Part shown: positions 39,155 through 48,371 of the stretch, in pieces
Numbering within the stretch: position 1 is the first letter of the stretch
Layout of the letters: each line of letters starts with the position of its first letter
Assembly (NCBI GenBank): GCA_963781935.1
Contig: CAWAHX010000006.1
Span: 4,481-68,480 of the forward strand
Direction: 5' to 3'
Length of the DNA: 64,000 nt
Source of the DNA: an uncultured Solirubrobacteraceae bacterium
GTDB lineage: Bacteria; Actinomycetota; Thermoleophilia; Solirubrobacterales; Solirubrobacteraceae
Made by a program: the position numbers and the translations under genes
The notes under the pieces: model-generated
Seen by the model: only the letters and a program-made list of their open reading frames with translations
What the model was told of the DNA's origin: nothing
Database searches by the model: none

Positions 39155-39934
39155 CTACGTGCCCGACCCGACGGTGACGGCGTAGTTCCCGCTGCCCTTC
39201 GGCTCGAGCAGGCGCTGGGGCCCGAGACCGCCGAGGAACGCATCGGGGTCGACGCCCTGCCGACGCAGCTCGGGCTCGTGGACCTCGAGCACGAGCGTCC
39301 GGACGCGCCGCGCGACGTCGCTGCCCCCCAGCGCCGCGGCCTCGCCACCCTCGATGTCCACCTTCATGACGTTCGGCTCGAAGCCGAGCCGCTCGCAGAC
39401 CCCGTCGAGCGTCGCCATCTCGACCTCCACCTCGCCGTCGCTGGCGATGTGCCCCACGGAATCGCCGCTGGCGGCGAAGCGCACGGTGCCCTCATGGTCG
39501 CCCAGGGCGATGGGGAGCACGGTGACGTTCGTGGCCCCGTTGGCCTCGATGTTGCGCTGCAGCAGGCTCCGGGCCCGCGCGTCGGGCTCGAAGGCGACGA
39601 CCCGCCCGTCCGGCCCGACCCGGCGGGACGCGAGGAGGGTGTAGGGCCCGACGAAGGCACCGACGTCGAAGAACACGTCACCCGGCCGAAGCGCCCCGGT
39701 GAGCTCCTCGACCATCGGCCGCTCCCACGTCCCGCGGTGTGCCGCGTGCGCCCACCAGACCAGCTCGGGCCGGTCGGCCTCGGCGAAGACGAACGTCTCC
39801 GGCCCGATGGGCAGCGAGGCACTGCCCCTGAGCTTCCAGAGCGGCCAGGGCCACCGGTGAAGGTGCGCCCAGCCGACTGCGAACTGCAGCCCGCGGCGTA
39901 CGCGATGCCCCCTGGACTCTGCGGGTGAGTTCAC
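39155..39934 (-). CDS. FkbM-family methyltransferase
   Basis: VFFDVGAFVGPYTLLASRRV...VVAFEPDARARSLLQRNIEANG...VMKVDIEGGEAAAL. Confidence 0.75.
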   Translation of the reverse strand: MNSPAESRGHRVRRGLQFAVGWAHLHRWPWPLWKLRGSASLPIGPETFVFAEADRPELVWWAHAAHRGTWERPMVEELTGALRPGDVFFDVGAFVGPYTLLASRRVGPDGRVVAFEPDARARSLLQRNIEANGATNVTVLPIALGDHEGTVRFAASGDSVGHIASDGEVEVEMATLDGVCERLGFEPNVMKVDIEGGEAAALGGSDVARRVRTLVLEVHEPELRRQGVDPDAFLGGLGPQRLLEPKGSGNYAVTVGSGT

Positions 39935-39942
39935 GGCGGAGC

Positions 39943-39948
39943 ACTCTA
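39943..39948 (-). promoter_or_regulatory. Candidate -10 box TAGAGT, 8 nt before GTG 39934
   Basis: The 37-bp divergent intergenic region holds two back-to-back TANNNT boxes. There is no room for a 5'UTR or SD. Confidence 0.45.
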
Positions 39949-39956
39949 ACGAGCGC

Positions 39957-39962
39957 TAGCCT
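39957..39962 (+). promoter_or_regulatory. Candidate -10 box TAGCCT, 9 nt before the gmd ATG 39972
   Basis: The same CTAGCCT-N8/9-ATG arrangement recurs at 2324, 44789 and 50979. Confidence 0.45.
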
Positions 39963-39971
39963 GTCGCCGCG

Positions 39972-41985
39972 ATGCCCAAGACCGCACTCATCACCGGGAT
40001 CACCGGCCAGGACGGCTCATACCTCGCCGAGCTGCTGCTCGAACAGGGGTACGACGTCCATGGCATGGTCCGCCGCTCGTCGACCGAGAAGTTCGACCGG
40101 GTCGAGCACATCCGCGACCGCATCACGCTGCACCAGGGCGACCTGCTCGACCAGCGCTCGCTGGTCGACACACTGCGTGCCAGCAAGCCGGACGAGATCT
40201 ACAACCTCGCCGCGATGAGCTACGTCGCCGCGTCATGGGTCCAGCCGACGCTGACCGCGGAGTTCACCGGCGTGGGCGTCACGCGGATCCTCGAGGCGAT
40301 GCGCGAGGTCTGCCCCGAGGCCCGCTTCTACCAGGCGTCCTCGAGCGAGATGTTCGGCAAGGTGCTCGAGATCCCGCAGACCGAGAACACGCCGTTCTAC
40401 CCCCGCTCGCCGTACGGCGTCGCCAAGGCCTACGGGCATTTCATCACGGTGAATTACCGTGAGTCATACAATTTGCACGCGACGTCCGGAATTTTGTTCA
40501 ATCACGAGTGCGTGCGTTCCACGACGCCCCTGCTGGTGCGCGAGCGCGGGACGGTCTCCGTCAGGACCGCCGCGGACCTTGCGCCGTACAGGCCCAAGGG
40601 CCCCAGCACCCAGTCGTTCGAGCTGCCGAACCTGACCGAGGTCTGGGACGGCGCAGACTGGACGCCGATCACGGCGGTCACGGCCACCCGCCGTCGCAGC
40701 ACGGACCCAGACCACCGCCTGCTCGCGGTGGAGACCCGGGCGGGCGTCGTCGAGGTCACGTCGCATCACCACATGCTCGATGCCGACCACGAGCAGGTCG
40801 TCGCCGGCGACGTCGCGGAAGGTGACCGGCTCGCCATCTGGGGTGAGGGCCCGTTCCTCGAGGACGCGACCCCTGACATCGCGCCGTGGACCGCAGTCAC
40901 CCCACAGCTCGCGGAGCTGCTCGGGTTGCTCGCGGCCGATGGGCACGTCGGGACCGACGGACGCCACGTCCAGTTCACGAACAACGACGAGACGCTGCGA
41001 CTGCGGGTATCCGAGCTGTGGTCCCGCTGCTTCCTGGGCAGCTCACGTGGCTGGAGCGGCCAGTCGGGGTTCAGTGACGCGGCGGTCGGCCAGCTTGGCC
41101 TGACCGGAGCGCCGGGGGCCGCGCCGTGGCTGCGAGACCAGCTCTACACGAAGCGCAGCCTGAAACAGGTTCCGCCGATCGTGCTCAATGCGGACCCGGT
41201 GGCCCACGAGGCGTTCCTCGCCGGCTATTACGCGGGCGATGGCCTCAAGCGGGGGAAGGGAGCGTCGATCAAGACCAACAGCCCCGTCCTGGCGCTCGGC
41301 CTCACGTGGCTCTATGCGCTGCGTGGCCAACAGGCCACCGTGTACGCCGAGCATCGCGACAACCGGACGTACTACCAGCTGAACCTCGCATCCTTGGATC
41401 GGGTCGGCGCAAAGGGTCAGCACCTGCGCAAGGATCCCGCCGAGGTGCGCCGCATCATCGAGCTCGAGGCCACCGTTGACGACGACTTCGTGTTCGACAT
41501 CGCGACGGAGAGCGGCGTGTTCGCGGCCGGTGTCGGGCGCGTGATCGTCCACAACTCGCCCCGCCGCGGGCTGGAATTCGTGACACGCAAGATCACCTGG
41601 CACGCCGCGGCGATCAAGCTCGGCAAGCGCGAGCGAGCTCGGGCTGGGCAACCTCGACGCCGAGCGCGACTGGGGCTACGCGAAGGACTACGTCGAGGCG
41701 ATGTGGCTGATGCTCCAGCAGGACGCGGCCGAGGACTACGTGATCGCCACGAACAACACGAACTCCGTGCGCGAGTGCGTCGAGATCGCGTTCGACGAGG
41801 CGGGGCTCGGGAGCTGGGAGCCCTACGTGGACCTCGACCCGAGCATGGTCAGGCCGGCCGAGGTCGACCAGCTGATCGGGGACTACTCCAAGGCGAAGGC
41901 CGACCTCGGGTGGGAGCCGAAGACCACCTTCGAGGAGCTCATCCGCCTGATGACGCGGGCGGACCTCGAACTGCTCTCACGATGA
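39972..41985 (+). CDS. gmd: GDP-mannose 4,6-dehydratase interrupted by an intein; the C-extein also carries a 1-nt frame break near 41634
   Basis: N-extein 39972..40508: [16 protein letters not shown]...ASSSEMFG...[10 protein letters not shown]...GILFNHE. C-extein 41556..41985: [14 protein letters not shown]...AIKLGK, then in the other frame [29 protein letters not shown]...[23 protein letters not shown]. The rest of track ORF 39972..42725 is read-through in a wrong frame. Confidence 0.85.
40509..41555 (+). mobile_element. Class-1 intein (349 aa) with LAGLIDADG homing-endonuclease domain
   Basis: Cys1 in [10 protein letters not shown] (block A), [12 protein letters not shown] (block B), [15 protein letters not shown] and [13 protein letters not shown] (dodecapeptide motifs), and [23 protein letters not shown] followed by Ser+1 (blocks F/G). 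It is in frame with the N-extein. Confidence 0.85.
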
Positions 41986-42725
41986 ACGAGCGCGCGTGGA
42001 CGAATGAGGCGGCCGACGTCGCCGGAGGCAATCAGGGCCGCATCCACGGCAGCGACATCAACCTGCGCTCGCGCCCGCAGATGGCCGAGTACGAGGCGGC
42101 CGCCGACCGCATCGCCCGCGCCGGGCACCGCAAGGTGCTCGACTGGGGTTGCGGCTACGGGCAGCTGACGCGGATGCTGCGCGATCGCGGCGTGGACGTG
42201 ACGTCGATCGACTGGGACCCGGAGGTCGACGGCGTCGTCACGCGGCCGCTGCCGGCCTTCCCCGGGCTCGATGCACTGGCCACGAGCGACCCGGTGCTGC
42301 TGCCGTTCGAGGACGCGAGCTTCGACGCGGTGCTCTCGATGGGCGTGCTCGAGCACGTGCACGACCCGGGCGCGAGCCTCGACGAGCTGCGACGCGTCCT
42401 CGTGCCCGGTGGGACGGTCTACTGCTACAAGCTGCCGAACGAGCACTCCTACCTCGAGGCGATCGCCCGCCGCAGCGGCATGTACCACCACGGGCAGCTC
42501 GAGAACGACCGGCTCTACACGGTGGCGAGCGCCCGGGAGCTCTTCGAGCGTCACGGCTTCGAGGTTCTCGACGTGCGCCGAGCGAACATGCTGCCGCTGA
42601 CGCTGCCGGGCCGCGCGGCGACCGCCGCCGCACCGCTGATCTGGGGCGCGAACCGCGCGCTCGCCGCCGTCCCCGGCCTCAACGGGGTCGCCACGAACGT
42701 GCAGATCGTCGCCCGCACGCGCTGA
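41982..42725 (+). CDS. Class I SAM-dependent methyltransferase
   Basis: ATG 41982 overlaps the gmd stop (ATGA). [23 protein letters not shown]...[16 protein letters not shown]...[10 protein letters not shown]. Confidence 0.75.
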   Translation: MNERAWTNEAADVAGGNQGRIHGSDINLRSRPQMAEYEAAADRIARAGHRKVLDWGCGYGQLTRMLRDRGVDVTSIDWDPEVDGVVTRPLPAFPGLDALATSDPVLLPFEDASFDAVLSMGVLEHVHDPGASLDELRRVLVPGGTVYCYKLPNEHSYLEAIARRSGMYHHGQLENDRLYTVASARELFERHGFEVLDVRRANMLPLTLPGRAATAAAPLIWGANRALAAVPGLNGVATNVQIVARTR

Positions 42726-42740
42726 CCCGGGCCATCGCCC

Positions 42741-43499
42741 TCAGTGGGCGAGGAAGTTCCAGATCGGCTCGCTGAACACCGCCTCGAACTGCGTGCGCGT
42801 GTACGGACCGACGCCGGCCAGGTCGAAGATCCGCAGCGCACAGTCGCCCACGAGCAGGTCGTGGAGCTCGCCGGGGGTGCCCCCGTAGTGCTCGATGCCA
42901 CCCTGCCCGTGCTCGAAGACCACGAGCGGGCGGTGCCGGGCGAGCGTCTCGCGGGCGCCGCGGAAGACCTCGAGCTCGGCGCCTTCGACGTCCACCTTCA
43001 CGAACGCCGGAGCCAGCCCGGCCGGCAGGGCGTCGTCAAGGCGCTCGGTGCGCACGCCGATCTCTCGCACCTCCTCCTCGCCGGGCAGGTCGCGCAGGCG
43101 CAGGCCGCTGTAGCCGGGGGACGACACCACGTGCTGGAAGGTCGTCTCGCCCGCCTCGTTCGCGAGCGCCGCACACCGCAGCTCCACGCCGCCGATCCCT
43201 CCGAACTCACGCTCCAGCCCTGCGAACAGGTCTGGAAGCGGCTCGTAGGCGAGGTGGCGACCGCCGGGCGAGAGACGCACGATCTCGCGCAGGAGCTCAC
43301 CGGTGTGCGCCCCGACCTCCACGGTGTCGGAGTCGGGACGCAGCCGTGCGGCCACGAGCAGCTTCATCGCCGCGTGATCGCGCAGGTCACGGCGCAACCC
43401 CGCGTCGGTGAGCGCGTGAAGACGCTTGACGTGCTCCTCCACGCCGAAGCGCTCGGCGGTGGTCATGATGGCGCGGCGCGCGCGGGCGGTGGACGGCAT
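42741..43499 (-). CDS. FkbM-family methyltransferase
   Basis: VEVGAHTGELLREIVRLSP...LAYEPLPDLFAGLEREF...FVKVDVEGAELEVFRGA. Confidence 0.75.
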   Translation of the reverse strand: MPSTARARRAIMTTAERFGVEEHVKRLHALTDAGLRRDLRDHAAMKLLVAARLRPDSDTVEVGAHTGELLREIVRLSPGGRHLAYEPLPDLFAGLEREFGGIGGVELRCAALANEAGETTFQHVVSSPGYSGLRLRDLPGEEEVREIGVRTERLDDALPAGLAPAFVKVDVEGAELEVFRGARETLARHRPLVVFEHGQGGIEHYGGTPGELHDLLVGDCALRIFDLAGVGPYTRTQFEAVFSEPIWNFLAH

Positions 43500-43508
43500 C
43501 CCCGCAGC

Positions 43509-44729
43509 CTAGATGCGCAGCCAGCGTTCGAGGCTGGCGTGCATCACCCGGGCCATGGCGGACCAGTCGTACCGGGCCAGCACCCGCTCGCGGCCACTGG
43601 CCGCGAGGCGCTCCGCCAGCTCGCGATCCTCCAGGAGCCGCACCACCGCTCGGGCGAACTCGTCCGGGTCGCCGGCGACGAGCAGGTCCGTCCCCGGGCG
43701 AACGTCGATCCCGGCGGCCGCCAGCGGGGTCGCGACGAGCGGACGGCCGGCGGCGAGCGCCTCGACGACCTTGAGGTTCGTGCCGCTGCCCGAGCGGATC
43801 GGGGCGATCGACACGGCCGTCCCGGAAAGCCGCGGTCGCAGGTCGTCGACCCAGCCGAGGACCTCGATGGCGGGGTCCTCGGCCAGACGCGCGACGGCCG
43901 GCGGGGCGCCGCGACCGACGACCGAGAGGCGGACGTCCGGGCGGCGAGCGCACACCAGCGGCAGCACCTCGCGCACGAACCAGCTCACCGCCTCGGCGTT
44001 CGGGGGGTAGGACATCGTCCCGGTGAACAGCAGGGTGTCCGGCTCGCCGCCGGCGATCGGCAGATCGCCGAAGTGTGCGCCGTCCACACCGTTCGGCACG
44101 ACGTCGACCGGGAGCCCGGGCAGCATCGCGGCGATCTCGTCGCGCTCGGGGTCGGACATCGCCCAGCCGTGCGAGTAGCGCGGGGCGTGCCGGTGCACCA
44201 GGCGCTGGAAGCGGCGCTCCTCGGCCGCCAGGCGAGCGGCGGTGAGGCCGCGCGCCCCGGCCCGGCGGTTGCGGTAGTAGGTCCACTGGGTGTTCTGGAA
44301 CACGAGCCCGGCCGGAAGCCGGGGCGGGAGCCGCCCGGCCCAGGCCATCGCGAAGTCGTGCTCGACGATCACGCCGTCCAGGCCCCCGCGGTCGAGCACG
44401 TCGGCGACCGTTCCGGCGATCTCCCCCCAGAACACCTCGGCCTGCCAGCTGAGCCATGGAAGCCGTGCGGCGGCCAGCGTCAGCCCGGGGCGCCGCAGGA
44501 CCGCACGCGCCGCCTCGCTGACGTGACCGTCGGGCCGGCGCACGAGCCGCAGCGTGACGCCGTCGTCAAGCAGGCCGGCGGCGCGCTGCGCCTGATCGTC
44601 GTGGGCGGGCGCGACCACGGTGAGCTCGACCCCCAGCCGGGCCAGACCCGCCACCTGCTGATGAAGACGCATGCCACCGCCCGTCCCACCCGGATCGGGC
44701 GCCTCAGGCGTCAGCCAGAGCAGTCTCAT
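43509..44729 (-). CDS. GT4-family glycosyltransferase
   Basis: MRLLWLTPEAPDPGGTGGGMRLH...LLFTGTMSYPPNAEAV...GSGTNLKVVEALAAGRPLVAT. Intact 406-aa ORF. Confidence 0.8.
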   Translation of the reverse strand: MRLLWLTPEAPDPGGTGGGMRLHQQVAGLARLGVELTVVAPAHDDQAQRAAGLLDDGVTLRLVRRPDGHVSEAARAVLRRPGLTLAAARLPWLSWQAEVFWGEIAGTVADVLDRGGLDGVIVEHDFAMAWAGRLPPRLPAGLVFQNTQWTYYRNRRAGARGLTAARLAAEERRFQRLVHRHAPRYSHGWAMSDPERDEIAAMLPGLPVDVVPNGVDGAHFGDLPIAGGEPDTLLFTGTMSYPPNAEAVSWFVREVLPLVCARRPDVRLSVVGRGAPPAVARLAEDPAIEVLGWVDDLRPRLSGTAVSIAPIRSGSGTNLKVVEALAAGRPLVATPLAAAGIDVRPGTDLLVAGDPDEFARAVVRLLEDRELAERLAASGRERVLARYDWSAMARVMHASLERWLRI

Positions 44730-44788
44730 CCGCCGGGCACGTCGGGCACCGGCCGCACTCTAGATCGAAGTCGCGCCACGTGGCGGGC

Positions 44789-44794
44789 TAGCCT
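44789..44794 (+). promoter_or_regulatory. Candidate -10 box TAGCCT, 9 nt before ATG 44804
   Basis: GGCTAGCCT-N9-ATG, with no SD. The opposite strand carries TAGAGT at 44761-44766. Confidence 0.4.
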
Positions 44795-44803
44795 CTGCCG
44801 CGC

Positions 44804-45889
44804 ATGCCCGTCCCGCTCTTCGACACGCGCACGCCGCTGCTCCCACTGCGCGCCGAGCTCGACGCCGCCATCGCCCGCGTCATCGACTCGGGCATGTTCA
44901 TCCTCGGCCCCGAGGTCGCGGCCTTCGAGCAGGAGTTCGCCGCCTACTGCGGCGTCCCACACGCCGTCGGCGTGGCGAACGGCACCGAGGCGCTGACGAT
45001 CGCGCTGCGCGCGCTCGGGGTCGGGCCCGGCGACGAGGTGATCGTCCCGTCGTTCACGTTCTACGCGACCGCCGAGGCGGTGCCGCCGACCGGCGCGCGC
45101 CCGGTGTTCTGCGACGTCGATCCCGACACGATGTGCGTGACCGCCGACACCGTGCGCGCAGCGCTGACGCCGCGCACGAAGGCGGTCGTCGCGGTCCACC
45201 TGTTCGGGAACATCGCTCCGATCGCGCGAGATCGCGGCGCTCGGCCTGCCCGTGATCGAGGATGCGGCTCAAGGCGCGGGCAGCACCAGCACGGCCGGCC
45301 GCCCCGGGCTCGCTGGGGACGATCGCCACCTTCAGCTTCTTCCCGTCGAAGAACCTCGGCGCGTTCGGCGACGGCGGGGCGATCACCACGAGCGACGGCG
45401 ACCTCGCCGACCGCGTGCGGATGCTGCGCTTCCACGGCTCGTGGGACAAGGTCACCTACGAGCACGTGGGCTACAACTCGCGCCTGGACGAGCTGCAGGC
45501 GGCGATCCTGCGCGTCCAGCTCCCCCACCTCGACGCATGGGCGGACGGACGCCGTGCCGCCGGCCGTCACTACGAGCAGGCGGGCCTCGGCGACCTGGTC
45601 GACCTCCCCGTGCCGGCGCCCGGCTCGCAGCCCGCCTGGCATCTCTACGTCGTGCGCAGCCGGCGCGCCGACGCGCTCGCCGACGCGCCTCAAAGCCGCC
45701 GGGCACGGCGCGAAGGCCTACTACCGCACGCCGGTGCACCGCCAGCCCGCGATGCTCGAGTACGCCGCCGGGGCGGAGCTGCCCGTCACCGACGAGCTCG
45801 CCCGCACGCACCTGGCGATTCCGATGAGCCCCGTGCTCAGCGCGCAGATGGCCGGCGAGGTCGTCGCCGCCGCCCGCACCGCCGGGTAG
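44804..45889 (+). pseudogene. DegT/DnrJ/EryC1/StrS-family PLP sugar aminotransferase; three frame breaks (~45228, ~45308, ~45690)
   Basis: FILGPEVAAFEQEFAAYCGVPHAVGVANGTEALTIAL...VIVPSFTFYATAEAV, then IAALGLPVIEDAAQ, then SLGTIATFSFFPSKNLGAFGDGGAITT (catalytic Lys), then AKAYYRTPVHRQPAM...LAIPMSPVL. Each break can be repaired by removing a single C. Confidence 0.7.
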
Positions 45890-45940
45890 CACGAAGGGGC
45901 GGTTGCCCGCCCTTTCCACCTCCAATGTATATCCGACAGG

Positions 45941-45959
45941 GGGGCTTGAAACAAGCCCC
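45941..45959. promoter_or_regulatory. Perfect 8-bp-arm palindrome GGGGCTTG-AAA-CAAGCCCC, resembling the rifamycin-associated element (RAE)
   Basis: It lies 60 nt upstream of the Rox-like monooxygenase ATG, in the only clearly A+T-richer intergenic stretch of the window. CATAAT (45971-45976) follows, and AGGAG precedes the ATG. Confidence 0.5.
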
Positions 45960-46018
45960 GGGTCGTGCCGCATAATCGCCCGCCGCATCCCAGAACCCAC
46001 GGAAAAGGCAGGAGCGAC

Positions 46019-47522
46019 ATGACGACCGAGCATGCGGTGGTGATCGCCGGAGGCGGTCCGGCGGGGATGATGCTGGCGGCTGAGCTGGCGTTGGCGAAGG
46101 TCGACGTCGCGGTCGTCGAGCGGCGTCCCGATCACGTGCTCGTCGGCTCACGCGCCGGCGGCTTTCACTCGCGCACGATCGAGGTGCTCGATCAGCGTGG
46201 GGTCGCTGATCGGTTCCTCGCAGAGGGTCAGGTGGCTCAGGTCGCGACGTTCGCCACCACCGCGCTGGACATGAGCGATTTCCCGACACGTCATCCGTAT
46301 TCGCTCGGGATCTGGCAGAACCAGATCGAGCGGATCATGGCCGCCTGGATCGCCGAGCTGCCGGTGCAGATCCGTTACGGGACCGAGGTGACGGGCTTCG
46401 CGCAGGACGACAGCGGCGTCGACGTCCACCTGTCAGACGGTCGCTCGCTGCGGACGCACTACCTCGTCGGATGCGACGGAGGACGCAGCGCCATCCGCAA
46501 GGCCGCCGGCATCGAGTTCCCCGGGTGGGATCCGACGACCAGCAACCTGATCGCCGAGGTCGAGATGACCGAGGAGCCGGAGCTGGGCATCCGCCGCGAT
46601 GACAAGGGCATACACGGACTCGGCAGACTGGGATACGAGATCCGCGACGGCGAGGTGGTCTACATGGACGGCGGGCCTGTGCGGGTCATGGTCACCGAAC
46701 GGCACCTCGGACCTGCCGGCGAGCCCACCCTGCGCGATCTGAGCGAGGCACTCATCGACGTGTACGGCACCGACTTCGGAGTCCACGATCCGACGTGGAT
46801 CTCGAGGTTCACCGACATGACCCGTCAGGCGGCCACCTACCGCGCGGGACGAGTCCTGCTCGCCGGCGACTCGGCGCACGTGCAGTACCCGGCGGGTGGA
46901 CAGGGCCTCGGCCTCGGTGTGCAGGATGCGGTGAATCTGGGATGGAAACTGGCCCAGGTGGTCAACAGCGACCTCCCCGGCGAGCCTTCTGGACACCTAC
47001 CAGGACGAGCGCCACCCGGTTACCGCCCGCGCGCTGCGGCACACCATGGCTCAGGCCGTGCTCCAGCGCCCCGACGAGCGCATCCAGGCGCTGGCCGCTG
47101 TCATTTCGGAGCTGGCGATCATGGACGAGCCTCGCAAAAGGCTCGCCGGGATCATCTCCGGGCTGGACATTCGGTACGACCTCGGCGAGGGACATCCGCT
47201 GCTCGGACGCCGGATGCCCGATCTGGACCTCGTGACCGCCGACGGCCCGCTGCGGGTGTTCACCCTGCTGCACGATGCCCGGCCGGTGCTGCTGAACTTC
47301 GGTGAGCCCGGCGGCTTCGACATCGCGCCGTGGGCGGACCGGGTTCCGTTGATCGATGCCGACTACGCCGGTGAGTGGGAGCTCCCGGTACTTGGCGCGG
47401 TCACCGCTCCCACCGCCGTGCTGGTCCGGCCCGACGGATACGTCGCGTGGGTGGGAGACCTGGGCGACGAGGTGCTGCCCGTCGCGCTCACCACCTGGTT
47501 CGGACAGCCCTCTGCGGCGTAG
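46019..47522 (+). CDS. Class A FAD-dependent monooxygenase (PheA/TfdB family, Rox/rifampicin-monooxygenase-like); one frame break near 46963
   Basis: HAVVIAGGGPAGMMLAAELALA (GxGxxG), YLVGCDGGRSAIRK, VLLAGDSAHVQYPAGGQGLGLGVQDAVNLGWKLA. It continues in the frame of ORF 47046..47522: LLDTYQDERHPV...IRYDLGEGHPLLGRRMPD...AVLVRPDGYVAWVG. Confidence 0.7.
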
Positions 47523-47540
47523 GCGTAGCGTGCCGCTGAC

Positions 47541-48371
47541 ATGGAGCGCGCCTTCCCCAGACCCGCCGCCGCCGACGCGGCGGGAGTGACCGAGCTCGTC
47601 GCGGCACTCGAGTCCCTGCTCTACGGACAGAGCACGTTTTCGCAGGCCGATCTGGAGGACGAGTGGTCGGACCTCGACCTCGAGCAGAACGCAGTCGTCG
47701 TCCGCGACGGCGACCGGATCGTCGCCTACGGCGCGGTGCGCGAGGCAGGCGAGCTGTGTCAGGCCGAGGGGTATGTCCACCCCGACGCACACGGGCAAGG
47801 AATCGGGAGGCTGATCGCGACCGGGCTCGAGGAGGACGCGGTCCGCCGCGGCGCGCGCAGGGTCCACAACCGCGTCTACGAGACCGACACCGCCGCCCGC
47901 AGGCTGCTCGCATCGCTCGGCTATGGCGCCGTGCGCGTCTTCCGCGAGATGCGCATCGAGCTCGAGGCGCCGCCGCCCGCACCCGCGTGGCCGGACGGGC
48001 TGCGCGTCGTCCCCTTCGACCCGCAGCATGATGCGCTCGAGTTCCACGCCGCGCACCAGGAGGCGTTCGCGGACCACTGGGAGTACGCGCCACGCGACTT
48101 CGAGTCGTGGTCGAACTGGTACCTGGGGAGCGAGCGCTTCGACCGGACGCTCTGGTGTGTCGTCCGCGCCGGGGACGAGATCGTCGCCGGGACGATCTGT
48201 ACGGGCGACACATACGGCGGCGGTTTCGTCCACGTGCTCTTCACGCGCCGCCCGTGGCGCAACCAGGGTGTCGGCGCGGCGCTCCTCGGCGACTCGTTCG
48301 GGCGCTTCTGGGAGCGCGGCGAGCACAGCGTCGGGCTCGGCGTCGACGCGGCGAGCGACACCCCCGCCTAG
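47541..48371 (+). CDS. GNAT-family N-acetyltransferase (two GNAT-like halves)
   Basis: VHPDAHGQGIGRLIATGL and FTRRPWRNQGVGAALLG are acetyl-CoA binding Q/RxxGxG/A motifs. TAGCGT lies 9 nt before the ATG. Confidence 0.75.
   Translation: MERAFPRPAAADAAGVTELVAALESLLYGQSTFSQADLEDEWSDLDLEQNAVVVRDGDRIVAYGAVREAGELCQAEGYVHPDAHGQGIGRLIATGLEEDAVRRGARRVHNRVYETDTAARRLLASLGYGAVRVFREMRIELEAPPPAPAWPDGLRVVPFDPQHDALEFHAAHQEAFADHWEYAPRDFESWSNWYLGSERFDRTLWCVVRAGDEIVAGTICTGDTYGGGFVHVLFTRRPWRNQGVGAALLGDSFGRFWERGEHSVGLGVDAASDTPA

Noticed and set aside
37421-39928. Very long ORFs in the track with Arg/Pro/Ala/Gly-rich, low-complexity products. Examples are 37421..39928 (+), 25959..27851 (-), 48107..49801 (+), 59963..62041 (-), 42744..44996 (+), 10580..12478 (-), 55325..57253 (-), 1749..2726 (+) and 3541..4560 (-).
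   Set aside because: They lie antisense to, or out of frame with, genes that have clear family motifs. Their composition is typical of stop-poor shadow frames in ~70% G+C DNA. None has a recognisable domain.
39972-42725. The 917-aa ORF read as one multi-domain protein (dehydratase plus unknown domain plus methyltransferase).
   Set aside because: Residues ~555-670 are Arg/Gly-rich nonsense caused by a 1-nt shift. The true gmd 3' end is in the frame of ORF 41701..41985. The methyltransferase has its own ATG at 41982, which overlaps the gmd stop.
45941-45959. The GGGGCTTGAAACAAGCCCC hairpin as a rho-independent terminator of the DegT gene.
   Set aside because: There is no downstream T tract, and the loop has only 3 nt. 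Its position and sequence fit an operator-type palindrome for the downstream monooxygenase better. The terminator role is not excluded.
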